Part shown: positions 51,549 to 64,000 of the stretch, in pieces | Numbering within the stretch: the stretch's first letter is position 1 | How the letters are laid out: the number at the start of each line of letters is the position of its first letter | Origin: Nemertoderma westbladi | Taxonomy: Eukaryota > Animalia > Xenacoelomorpha | NCBI GenBank assembly: GCA_032718475.1 | Contig: JAUCBJ010006798.1 | Span: forward strand, 1,972 to 65,971 | Reading direction: 5' to 3' | DNA length: 64,000 nucleotides | Translations under genes and position numbers: made by a program | The notes under the pieces: generated by a model | Databases searched by the model: none | Told to the model about the DNA's origin: nothing | Seen by the model: the letters and a program-made list of their open reading frames with translations, nothing else

Positions 51549-54500
51549 CTAATTTTTGATTGAGGCAGGAGACAAATTATAATCTCCCGTCTCGTTGCGT
51601 GTCTCCTCTAATAACACGATATCTTGGACCGGTCGGTCCAAGGTGTGTAAACCATTAGTTTTACACTTCTTTGGGTGCGGACACTTGCACCTAATTTTCA
51701 CAGTAACTGTGCGCACTATGTTTTGCACGTCTGGGTGTATATGCAAGATGACTCCTGTTTCCCAATATTTTCTCTTGACAATCGGTTCGGTTATCAATAT
51801 GTAGTCTCCTCTTTGGAGGCTCCGAACCGTTTTGTACCACTTTGATCTGGTGGATATGGTGGGAAGATAGTATTCCCGCCAATATTCCCAGAATGTGTAC
51901 GCGACTAATTGTGTTACTTTCCAGCTTTTACGACTATATAGGTCAGCACTAATGGGTTCTGATGCCGGCACAAGAAATGCTGGACTCTGCATTAGCAAAT
52001 GATTCGGCGTTAATGCAACACCGTCTGGCAACATAGCTATCGGCCTCGAGTTTAGTGTATGCTCGATTTCGATGAAAGCTGTGACCAGCTCGTCGTCAGT
52101 AAGTTGTTTGTTTACAGGCAAGGTTTTAGCAATGGCCTGCTTTATGGAACGAACCAAACGCTCCCAACTTCCTCCTCTCCAAGGACTTTCTGGAGTGTTG
52201 AATCTCCATTTTACTCTTTGCGGCAAAAGTGCTGCAGAAATTTCTCTATTCTGCGCTGCTTTGTGAGCCGCGTTTAACTCGCTATTCCCCCCGACAAAGT
52301 TTGTACCCTTATCAGAGTAGAACGCCTTTACTAGTCCTCTCCTGGCCATAAATCTCTTTAAGGCCAGGAGCAGAGATTTGGTCGACATGTCTGCCACATG
52401 CTCGATATGTATGGCTCTACTAGCCATGCATGTCAGTAGCAGGCCCCATCGCTTGTGGGTCAGCCGTCCTACTACTAGGATCGGCATGCTGCATTGCAGC
52501 TGCATTTTTAAGAATGCTGTGCCGGCTTGTCAACAAAATTGCACCGCCACAACTCCCTATCACCCATGACATTTGCTAGATCATCCGCATCTTTAAGGCC
52601 AGTGTCCTTTAAGATGCGTCTCAAGAAAGTCATGGGCTGTCCACCATGCTTATTCACTCCATGAGGCTGCCAAAGTACAAGATTATGCACTGGCTGGTCC
52701 TCACGGCGAAAGCAATGTCCTGCAAAGCGGAGGCGATTTTGTTCTAGTGTCAAGCTTGGGGGAACCAATGAGACACCTCCAATGTTATATAGTGTCTGGT
52801 TGGAGATGTGTGCATTGTACTTGACACAATGTACCCGGCGTAGCATTCTTGTGAATGTGCCATCCAGAGATTTGGTGTCCTCAGCAGTTAGAGCCCAGCA
52901 TGGACTCCCGTAGAGGAGTACTGGAACTACTGCTGCTCTAAATAATCGGACCTTAAGTTTCCGATTAATTCTCGGTGACTTCCAAATCCTGGAAAGCCTA
53001 TTCAAGGCTGCCCATGCCTTTCCCTTATGTATTCGAAGGTCCTCACCTGACTTCCTCAGCCGTCCACTCTTTGCCTCAATCGGACCAAAACAATCCACCC
53101 CTGTATTTGTAAAAGGTGGGTTATATGCCTGCACTCTCGCTTCCGGGAGTTCAGCCATCTCCTGTTCCAATACTCTGGCGTTCACCCTCTTGCAAACCAG
53201 ACAGGCGTCGTACATGGTGCCTACTGCCCTGCTTGGCTGCAATAGAATGAATCGCTGTCTCGCTGCCGACAAACAGTGTAACTTTCCCGCAAACAGTGCA
53301 ACCTCTTGTGTATATCCCATAGAATCGCTCTTTGCAATTCTATTGGGTGACTAGGGATTATCACTGGGAACCTAAACTGTGAGTTTAGGTCGACAGTCTG
53401 GATTCTCGATCTATGACAAATCAAACCCTTATGGATTAATGGACTCCATTTTCTAAGGGGTTTATAGAGAACTGGTCGTTGAGCCGATAATAGATAGAAT
53501 TTCTTTGGGAAGGCACACATTTGATAATGTTTCAAATGCTTTAATTCCGCTTGATCAATCTCATCCTCTGTCAGAGGTTGTTTCAATTTCTGAATTCGCT
53601 CACTATTGACGCTCATTTGTTCTCCCAAATGTTTCGAATGTTTTATACAAAGGTACGAAATGTATCGGCTTAACCACGCAGTTCTTTTACAAATTGTCAG
53701 CCAAGAGGCAGACGAATTTAGTAATTTGTCATAAATACTACATGGCTCTAATGCCAGCGATGGTTGCCCGCTAACTAATGGAAGTTTCGAATCCAAACCC
53801 GCAGGTTTGAAAACCAAAGGCTCCATTGTGTCGGTCATTTTCTGTCCGTCACTTACCAACTGTGACTCTGGTTTAGTCTGTAAGGGTGGTTTTATGTCAT
53901 AACTTACCCTTCCGGACCTAGTCGTCACGTAAGTCTGTAGGTCTGACAGGTCTCCGGGCCGCTCCAATGACTCTTCAGGCTGCTCCAATGACTCTTCAGG
54001 CCGCTCCAATGACTTGAGTTTGGCTTTAGACTTTGACTTAGAGACTTTCTCCACCTTGACTTCTGCATCGTCTGGCATCGGATTGGTCACTATCTTCAGT
54101 CGCTCTGGCCAATGTTCCTGTGTCCTCGTTAGAAAATCAGGTCTATGCAACCAAAACTCCTGGGACTCTTCCTGACAGAATTCCGCCGGCATTGCACCTC
54201 TCGAAGTTATGTCGGCCGGGTTTAACACTCCCGGACAATGTCTCCATTGTTCCTTCATCGAAAAGTCGACGATCTGAGCGCATCTGTTGGCCACAAATGT
54301 CTTTAGTGCAATATTGTCGGCCGCGATATATACTAACACTAAGGATGCGTCCGTCCAATAGAATAAGGTCAATGTCGTGTCTAACTCCTCTGTTATCTGC
54401 TTACTTACCTCAACTGAAACTACTGTCGCCTGTAACTCTGCACGAGGGACAGTCATGTATTTGACCGGCATTGTCTTTGATCTAGAAGTCACAAAAGCCG

Positions 54501-57500
54501 TCTCAAACTTGTCCTGACTTACCTCTCGGCAAAGGTAGGCTACCATACCAAAGCCGGTGTCACTTGCGTCACTAAATAAGTGCAGCTCGAGATCCGCTGG
54601 AAATACCAGCTGATTCGGAAAGTAGGAACGGGGTACATCTATGTTTTACAATAGATGCAACTCGGCTTCCCACTCTCTCCACTGCTTTGCATGTATAGGA
54701 GATATTGGTTCATCTCACCCTAAGTCGGACAACCAAATTTTCCTCATGCACGCTCGTGCCTGTAATATTACCGGACTGATAAAGTTCATCGGGTCAAATA
54801 GTCTACTTAACATCGATAAGCAAATTCTCTTTGTCAAAACTTTGTCTGGACTACTGGGCTCAAATCTAACTCTTACCTGGAACTTGTCCATGTTCGGGTT
54901 CCAAGTGAGTCCCAGTACTCGCGCCATGGGGATGGGTTCTACCCCCAATTCTATGTCTCCGCTCCCGCGATCTTTCACCGGGAATGACTCTAATAGGGCC
55001 TCCGAATTAGTGGTGAACTTGGTTAGAGGAAAACCCCCTGTAGCCAAGCACTCTTGCAGGCCGTGAGCCACTTCTATGGCTTGTTCCGCTGTGTCCTTGG
55101 ACACCAATCCGTCGTCCATGTAGAAGTTTCTCAATATAGACTCGATAACCTCTACTGGGTACTTACCAATCTGGGCTGTTGTCGTTTTCTTTAGAACAAA
55201 CAGCGTGCCATTTGGACTATCGCGGGCGCCAAATATCCTAACGTACATTTGGTATATAACCACTGGGCCGGATAAGTCTTCATTCTCAAACCAGAGAAAT
55301 CGAAGGCTATCCTGGTCTGCCTTACAGGCTCTTACCTGGTGGAACATCGCCTCGATTTCACAAGTAAATGCGAATCGCCGCTGTCTAAAACGTAACAGTA
55401 TACCTATCAAATAATTATTCAGGTTGGGTCTGTCCATCAACTCTGAATTCAGGGACATGCCTCTATAGACTGCTGCGCAGTCATTGACTACTCGGACTTT
55501 GTCAGGGTGAGTCACATAGTGGTGTGGGAGGTAATAAGTCTGGTCTGTCACTAAGTCAGGGTCCTCTACCTTCCCAGCAAATCCCTTGGCGAAATAGTTG
55601 TTGATCTGGGCGCAATACTTCTCCCTAATGTCCGGATCCTTTAACAACCGAGCCCTTACTCCGTTCAATCTTTTCAAGGCTAAGCTGTAGTTGTTCTCCA
55701 ACTTAGGAGGTTGTCGACGCCACAACATTCCAACTTCAAAATGTCCAGTCGGTAGCAGACGTATGGTATCTTCCATCATCTCCAGCAACCGTTTCTCATC
55801 AGCAGACATGGTTAGGTCATATCCACCGGGTTCCATTGCGTCCCTATCCAGCCATTCGACGGTTCTGGCTCCTGTCTCGAGGTCCTGACGTATCAATTCC
55901 TTCTGCAATTCCTCCTCACTGTATTGGAAAATGTCAAGGTCTCGATATTTAGCCACCTGACCCTCCACTATGTCGGTATAAGTCAAAACGTTACTCAGAT
56001 AAGTAGCGTGGGCCGCTGAACCAGACCCACGGGTCTGATAACAGTAGTCCTCGGGTTCACTATCTGTCCGGTCATTGTGGAGTGGTTCCGACAACCTAAC
56101 ATTATCGGGAATCAACTCCTTGTCCGACTCGCTAACGTCACTATAATGGTCAATACAGGTTCTCCTAAACTCGTCTATGTCTGGTGGTTCTACTAACGGT
56201 GGTTCAGTTATAGGCTGTAATCCGTCGTATCTATCTATTGGCTTGTCACCACCTGTAAACTCGTAGGACATGGGTACTCTTGTATACCAACCTAATATAG
56301 TCCTATGGGCATGTGGTTCACATGTGTCCGCATGTGGTTACATGCGGTTCAGCTGGTCTCGTTTCCCATATCTGGTGTGCGATCAGCTGTTCTGCACCAA
56401 TCAACATAGAAACATTCCTATAACCTACCTGGTGTCTGGATACTCTGAGCTTGTCAAAATACTCCTGTGCTATGGGACTCATCGGCGGCACCTTACCTAA
56501 CTGCCTGCCGAACCCCTTCCTAGCTAGACACTTAAATCCGTCCAATGGCAAAGCTCTCCGTTCTTGTCGAGTATGTTGGTCTCTCGGAAGTAGGGAGTCT
56601 AGTTCTACCGAAATTCTGTGTCCCTTGAGGTCCCCTACCCCGTGCATAGACTTTAACTCTAATTAGATTTCCTCGGCGTCTTGGAAGCTAGAAACGGCTC
56701 TCGCCACTTCCTCGTCGATATAAGATAATGTCTACGCAGTGTCCAACATCACATATATTCGCTTTGATCCCTTATCGCCAGTAAGTTTCACCGGAATAAC
56801 TCTAAATATTTCCGACGTGGCCAATGATAAATACGTCCACGCACTGGTCGATGAACTATCCGCGGTAAAACCTTGGCAGGTCACTTCTCTCGCGCTCGAC
56901 TCACCATCCTCGTCCAACGAACCTGGTTGATAACCATCGTCCTGAATGCCGGTGTACGTATTTCTATACGATATTTTATCTATTTCGATACGGGTTCTTT
57001 GCTCCCCTTCCTTTGAGGATTTTGCTGTAAGTAACAATCCGTTGGAGTGTGGAAATCCGCATGTAGCAACTTGTGATGTAGTCTGCCGCATTCCATGCAT
57101 CCGTCCTTGCTGTTTGGGCACTGCCGCCGTACATGACCTGGCGCAAGACATGCCCAACAGGTGTCCAACGTCCGTACTTGAACTCTTCTCTGTTCCGAAT
57201 TTAATTCTTTGAACCGTCTGCAACTATCTAACTTATGGTCGTCAGATCTTACCTCCTTTAGTAAGCAGAATTGGCAACCTACAAATCCATCCGGCAACTC
57301 CTGTTGCTTTAACCTAGGTCTATCTAATCGCTCACCTGACCATACTCGCGAGTCTGATCTAAAGGCTGTGGTACTCGAATTATATCTGTCTACTGAGTTA
57401 AATGTCACAGTGGTCCTGTCATCGTCAAAACTTACCATAGACTTACCGGTAACAGGTTTAGACTCTCTCATATTCTCCTCTGAGAAATTTGATTTCATCT

Positions 57501-60440
57501 CTGCTACTACTGCGTCTGTGGCTATCATGTCATGAATGTGCTGAAGTGTCAACACCTTACCTTGACCCTCCAACTTATTCTCTAATTTGCACCATTTTTG
57601 TCTGTAACGCATGTTTAAACGTCTTATTACGCTCTTCAAAACTTCGGCATGATCACCATGGTGAGGTAGATTCACCGTCCTCAAGATGTCCAATGCGTTC
57701 GAAATAGCGTTCGCTGAGTTCAACAGCTCTAACGGAGTTGTAATCCTTCCACCCTTACCCAAGTCTTCCACTATCGACTGTGCCATCTTGGTTTTATTCC
57801 CGTAGATGTTGCTAAGCGTCTTCATTGCCAACTCAAACGCTCTTTCATTGCCGACGAAGTTGTCAGCAATGGCTCTAGGTTCTCGATGGAGCATTTGAAG
57901 CAAATAGTTGAACTTCTCATTGGGAGTAAAGGTTCTGTTGGTCAGCTGTTCGTCGACATAGGTTTTGAAAGTCCTCCAATGCTTATGGTTGCCCATAAAC
58001 TTCTGGGGTTGTTGCGTCGTTCCGGGTTAACAAATGGTTTAGTTCTGCAGGATTATTAAGTCTGGTCCTTTCCCGGGGATTAAAACTTACCTGCTCCGCG
58101 TCCGTCCTTCTTTCCTTATAGTTTCGGGACTTCTGACGTCTCATTTCTTCCTCTTCATCGCTTGAGTCAGTATCAGTTATCAGCCCTCGCGTTGGTTTGC
58201 GCGCCGAAGCCCTGACCCAAGCCTCCTGTATAAACTTCTCTGCCGAATTTTCGAAATTTGGATTATGGATAATCGGGACAGGCGTCCTTACCTGAGGTCT
58301 ATGTGGTATAGTTGCCTCCGATATACGTACTCGTTGACTAGGTTGGACTTTATCTAACTCAGGCTTGCTAGGATTGGAATTACTTCTTACCTGGGCTGCT
58401 TCCTTTAACTGCAGGTTGCTAAGCATGTCCGTTATAGGTTGGATGTGCGGCGATATAGCTTGCGCTAAACTAGCACGTAACTCATCCCTCGTAATAAATT
58501 CCTGGCTAGGGTTCTGTTGTATAGTCGGCTCTATCTGAGTAATCCGCTGTCTCTCATATGATCCCTCTTCCGGTTTAACCCGGAAGTTCTCCGTCGAACT
58601 GGGTCGGCGCTCCGTCTGCGTATTCCAAACCCGCGGGTTCGGTTCGCCCAATACTCGTCCTGTCGGAGTTTCTCCCCTAAATTCTTCGTTCTCGCATTCG
58701 GTATGTAGTGGTGCGGTGTTCCGATGACGTGGATCCTGCGCGATGGGTGAAGCACTAATACCAACTGGTGTGCGATATGTAGAGAACGGTTTAGCGATCC
58801 GTGTACTCGTAATAGCTGGACCGGGTATAGGAATTATGGTCGTCGTCGACTCGCGTATGGTCGGAGTTCTCGCTTCCTGTTCGGCCTTCTGGAGTGCGAA
58901 CAGTTCTCGCAACTCGGTACCTACACTCGCCCCACATTCTTCGATCATTCGCATCCCCTTCTCGGCGATTTCATTCGCCTTCCTAGTCCGTTCTTCGCTC
59001 TCTAGATTTAATCTCGCACTTTCTAACTGCGCCAGTTTACGTTCTTCTTCTTCCCTTGCTCGTCTCGCTGCGCTCTCTTCTTCCACACATGCCTTCTCTT
59101 CATACAACGCCTGTCGCTCCTTCTCGATCTCGCGTTCGCGTTCTTTATGCTCGTGTTCGAGTTGAAGTTCGTATTCCTTTTGTTCGCGTTCCTTGCGCTC
59201 ACGCTCGACTTGAAGTTCGCGTTCCTTGCACTCGCGCTCGAGTTGAAGTTCGCATTCCTTGCGCTCGCGTTCCGCTCGTTCACGCTTACCTTTATCCTCC
59301 AACTCTCGCAACTTCGCGTCTAACTTACGTGTGAGCTCCCGTTCCCGCTCGGCTTCCTTCCGTGCTTCCGATGCACGCAAAACTTCCGCCTCTTGTTCGT
59401 CCAGTCGGCGTCTTCTCTCCTCTGCCGAGTTGTGAGAAACAAGGGATCTAGCACATATAACCTTACCGCGCGCGTGACTAACCTGGGAATCGCCACTGTC
59501 TCTAGATGCGTCGTCGGGTGGAGTCAACGTTCTCTGTTGGATGTTCTCCGTAGTCGGTAGCACCTGGCCCGGTACCACCACTCCACTCTGCATCAACCAG
59601 CCGGTAACTTCCCGTTGATACCTGCACTCCTCTTTATCTTACGTTTCTTCCCGCTCCACTAAGTTTCTTGACTCTGCGTCACTCACCTGAGTCGCCTGCG
59701 CTTGTGATGCCCATAGCAGCCAGTTCTCCGTCCTAACTCGTCGAAATCGCTCCGATAACGTGCGATACTCCAACAAGGCTGCTAAAACCCTGTCGTAAAT
59801 CCTCATCGCCACGTCGCTCGACTGAGACTCCACTGCTCTCTTTGCCAGGACTGCAAGCTCCTCTGTCTGCTTGAATAACGCTGAGTTGTATCCTCTTCTA
59901 ATCTCTTAAACCTCTCCTAAACCCTTCCCTTCCGATGTTCGCTGAGTCGGCTAGCATCTTCCTTACCTTGTCCGCCGTCCGGGTTATATGTCCGTCATGA
60001 GCGCGAAGTTTCTTCTTTATCGCGATGTCAAGTTCTCTCTCGCTTACCTGACTTACACTTGGTGGACTTGAAGGATTATTCCAGGAACTACGGGTACTCC
60101 TTACAGCCGCTGGGACCACGGCACTTACCATACCCACAGGTCTGGAAACCAGGCTCCGGGCTCTCACTTCTGCTACACTTCCCTCCCTATCACTCACCTC
60201 TGGTCGGGCTGTTGTACAATCCTTCCTTACAGTAGTGGTAGGGGATTCTAATACTATTACTTCTACTTGCTCTTCCTCACTAGTTACTGTCTCGTCCTCC
60301 TGTTCACTTACGTCAGCGTCGCTCGCTGCGTCGTCATAGTCGGCATTATCGTCAACAGTAATATTATCGCTATCGTCAGTCGGCGGTCCAGCCGCCGTCT
60401 CATAGCTGTCCTCTAGTGCCTCCTTCTCTGAGACACTCAT
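51549..60440 (-). pseudogene. Element E gag-pol (multiple stops and frameshifts)
   Basis: E/R coiled coil, gag core, CQFC..H/CWACLAPGH/CMECGRLHH, protease VMLDTA*, RT CEIEAMFHQV and FYMDD, RNase H PRAELQA/YWTDA, IN GVDCFG/SDKGTNF/GGSWERL. Confidence 0.92.
52470..53055 (-). mobile_element. 586-bp 5'-truncated RTE-like element in the integrase of E
   Basis: 10-bp TSD TCAGCCGTCC (52460-52469, 53056-53065); KVRLFRAAVVPVLLYGSPCW..RLRFAGHCFR; TAGTAGTA tail. Confidence 0.92.
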
Positions 60441-60890
60441 AGTCTAAATAATATTTGCCTTCCGGCCAAAATCTCGCAAAAATTCGAGATATATATATAA
60501 TTTAATCGAAATACGATTAAATTATTTGTCAAATAATTAGTTGTCCAAATGTCAAAATAAATTCGCAATGCAATATTGTGAATTTAATAGGATACGGTTA
60601 TAGCAAATACCAATACAATATTTAAACAAAAATATTATTCTATAGCTATTATATAGCATTTAAATACCGGTATAGCACAAAATAACTTTGAATCTAATAC
60701 AAAATATTCAAAATAAACTTGCCACCCAAATATTTCTAATTTTGCATATATAGCTCTAATCAACGCAATTTTAATTACAAATATTATATGTATCCACTAG
60801 CGCGTGGCTACATCTTCGGGCTGCGACTCTCTATCTCTCTAACTTGAGCGATTCAAAAAACCATGGCAGGCTAAACCTAACTAACCTAAC

Positions 60891-63153
60891 TGATAAACAA
60901 CCGCGACCTCTATACTAACAGCAGAACTGTTGAACAGACCAATACCCGTTAATATCCTTCTGCCAACCTAATAAGTTCTCGTCTAACCAATAAGACACAA
61001 AGACTGCTCTACTGTTAAGTAAAGGGGATCAGGAGCGTGCTATTACTAAATTGTAAGGGTTGCTAAATACAAAACCGCTACTTACCGTTAGATGGCGCTA
61101 ATCTGCCGTCCACTAATATATTTTACTAATTTTACACTACTCCTGCAAAATCGCTTGTTCCTTTCTCTACCGATCGCTCGATAGAGAGCTAACTGTTCGA
61201 ATCTATGAGCCACGCGGGAATAACCAAAACAATAAACCCGAGTCGGCTCCCTAAGCTTACTTAAGACGAGTGCGAGAGGCCTTGCACTCAGAGTATTCTT
61301 ACGCCTAATTTTATCACTATTAAAGCACGCTATTACCTACGTCTTTCTAATCGCGAATACTGGAGGTTCCCTAACGTAATGTGTGAATGCGAGAATATTT
61401 AAAATATCAAAATGGTACAGTATCTGTTTCTACGTGGATAATACCACTCCGGGTCTAAAACTGCCCGCGACTGGCTTTAGGCCAGCAAAATTACTAGCGT
61501 ATCGTGCGTACCGAATAGTGCGTTCTAGCTGATTGTCCGCTAATGCAAATAACCGCTCAGCGTGAATAGTTTACAGTACACTAATTATTACCTTAGCTAC
61601 TCTCTGCTATGCTGCGTACTAATTCTTAATTTTTTACTAATTAATTACAGTCACAAATATTTAACAGCGTACTAATTACTAAGAGTTCCAGAATACGTAA
61701 TTCTAATTTATCACGCAACAGGTTTCGCTAGTAATAGCCTAATTTGCCGTATTACTTTGACCTAATCAATAACTAATTATTGTAACTAAGAAATAGAAAT
61801 CAATCAAAGGAAAAGAGCGCCTATCTAAGCATTCGTAATCTTAGGCACACTTCAATAACACACCAATCAGCGTTAGAAATCACAGTTTACAATTGTGCAA
61901 TTCACTACTCGTACTCCACACTCAACGTTATAATACGCGCAGGCCTCTCCCGGGTACATCTAGGATTCCTAACTAACCCAATTCCTGCCCCCTAATACTA
62001 AATAGAGACAAAACCTGGATCATCAGCCCCCTAATTTGCTGTACCGGCGATCGGTCTGCGTGCCGCAGTGCAAGTTACCCGCCCGCAACGGTGACCCTAG
62101 CCAGCGTTGCCCGCTTTGAATCCTCCGCTCTCTCCTAGTCGCCCAACCCCCCGATGCGCCCACCGCCCACTGGCACCTTAGCCCTCCATTACGCTAATAG
62201 CTACCGTAGCGGCGCATGCAAATCACAAAGTCTGACAGTTTCAGGAATCCCTTGGGATTATTGCGCAGAAAAGAATCACATAGAACCATCAATCAAAGGT
62301 AGAAATCATAGTTCGATTGTAATTTGCAGTAATCGAAGGAATTATTGAGAAACACAAGCAAAGTAATCGCACTAGCAAATCATTCCAAGAAATTAATCAA
62401 AATTAGCAAATTGCAGAAAAATACAAAATTAGAGACAGCTCAGCAAGTAAATTGTAACAGGGGTGTATCATGTGACAGATTGATGATAGGCTCTACCGGC
62501 ACACCGCCAATTTATAGGTGATCCGGATGGGATGATGCAATAGGGTGACTCAATCGCTTTCTTATTGGCTCTCCAGTCCGTGCTAGCACTAGACCAACCT
62601 GGAAGCAGCTAGTCCAATAAGGAGGCCGGATTGTAGCCCTATTTGCTCCCTTTCCTCGAATTATTACCATATATGGTAATGGTTCACGTCTCTGGCTGCT
62701 GAATGGCCAGGACGGCGTCCCTATATGCTAGCCCTACTAAAGCTAATATCAGCAAGCACGGAATCCAGGGTCCGAATAAACTTACCCTGGAACTATCTAC
62801 ATATAACCTAATACAAAATTACGTAGGTAGAGCTACATACTATACAAAATGAATGGATGCAAAATATATGGGCGTTTTAACTTCCTTACCTAAATACCAC
62901 TGCGTTATTATGCCTTATCTAAAATATCATGCTGCACAACGGACTAATATTACATACAGTATAACGGACTAATATTGCATACTGCATAATGGACTAATAT
63001 TGCATACTGCATAATGGACTAATATTGCATACTGCATAATGGACTAATATTGCATACTGCATAATGGACTAATATTGCATACTGCATAATGGACTAATAT
63101 TGCATACTGCATGATGGACTAATACTGTGGATACAGCGCCATATACCGTAACA
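60891..63153 (-). repeat. LTR shared by F (as 3' LTR) and E (as 5' LTR)
   Basis: Homologous to 45133-47311; preceded on the minus strand by PPT and 3' UTR, followed by E's leader and gag. Confidence 0.82.
62928..63125. repeat. 25-bp tandem repeat (~8 copies) in U3 of the LTR
   Basis: (ACTGCATAATGGACTAATATTGCAT)n; only ~2 copies in the other LTR (47241-47286). Confidence 0.88.
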
Positions 63154-64000
63154 CCGCTCCAAGGGAAATCATATAATGTTTCCCTCCAATTGTAGAAGAG
63201 TATAAGGTGATGTATACAAAACAAATAAATTTCTTCCAACCAATCTAAATAACATAATAATTCTACTATTTACAAATATTGCCATAGATATTGCATAATG
63301 AATTACATACAAATTAAATTCACAAAATATTATCTCTCTCACTGTTTAACGATTATTACATACAAATTAAATTTACAAAATATTGTTTCTCGTTCATTCT
63401 TACTACATAATGATTACTACATACAAAATCAAATATAAATTTTGCTAGGGCAAGTGAAAGGAGTAAGCCAAACCCGCAGGTTTGTCTCCCCAATCACTTC
63501 CTTCGCCTCTTTCATAATATAAATTCAAATAACTCAACTAGTGTATATGAGTCTAGTCGAAGATTTTCAAATGCTACAATATACATCAGAGCGACGATGA
63601 TGTATATATCTAGAGTCTGTCGCCCTGTGCCATAATGTATTATCGACCCGCTCCTGGGTTCTTTGGGCTCGCTCCTCTCTTTCGCCCCCTTCCCAGATAC
63701 ACTAATCTACCTCTAGTTGACTCCGTTGACGGCGTCCGTGAGGCGTCACTCCCCGGAACCGACGACGACGTTCCCTGAGCCCCGACAGATTCTCGGCTCG
63801 AACTTCTCCCTCGGCCTCGTCCCAATTGTCGCGCTCCCGTGGTCGCTTCCGCCAACTCTTCCTTATGCAGTTGCACTCGCGCTTTTTCAGACGCCCCCTG
63901 CGCCTTGCGCTGCAACCTTTGCGCTTCTATAATAGACGCTTTCGTCCTTCTGGGCTCCTCCCCGAGGCGCACCCACGAGGCGGACGTGTTTCCACCACCC
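63154..64000 (-). mobile_element. 3' end of sibling element F: RG-rich ORF tail (63640->64000), 3' UTR, PPT
   Basis: 63154-63417 matches 47312-47573; ORF ends with GRGRGR..GRGRKRG like B's ORF3 tail; family palindrome at 63469-63484. Confidence 0.75.

Larger units (their letters stand above)
45133..63153 (-). mobile_element. BEL/Pao element E, full layout with accessory ORF3, decayed
   Basis: LTR-gag-PR-RT-RH-IN-ORF3-PPT(GGAGCGG)-LTR on the minus strand; related to B (shared IN end EETRNETGDY). Confidence 0.9.

Noticed and set aside
52508-53320. Integrase/RTE fusion protein
   Set aside because: Chance in-frame read-through into a TSD-flanked RTE insertion.

Overview
Eukaryotic (invertebrate-like, AT-rich, intron-containing) DNA dominated by a nest of BEL/Pao LTR retrotransposons. 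Element A (<1-9298, +) is nearly intact and is inserted in the RT of element B (9299-~32531, +). B is further split by a 1.18-kb insertion in its integrase and by a young, RT/IN-less element C (13902-24652, -; 1216-bp LTRs, ACAGG TSD). D (~42139-45132, +) is a decayed gag-protease cut by element E (45133-63153, -), whose upstream LTR is shared with the 3' end of sibling F (63154->64000). Between the nests are two exons of a host LamG + fibrinogen-domain gene, an intronic 63/65-bp minisatellite, an RTE fragment and a TTAA-flanked piggyBac-like element. The main observation: B and E carry, in the env position, a homologous extra ORF (~1250 codons in B) with a Cys/His motif, a WRN/EXD2/RNase D-type DEDDy exonuclease-like domain, three CCHC knuckles and an Arg-rich tail. 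Each family also carries its own dispersed 14-18-bp CGCG-centred palindrome at matching positions. All calls are by eye; no database search was run.
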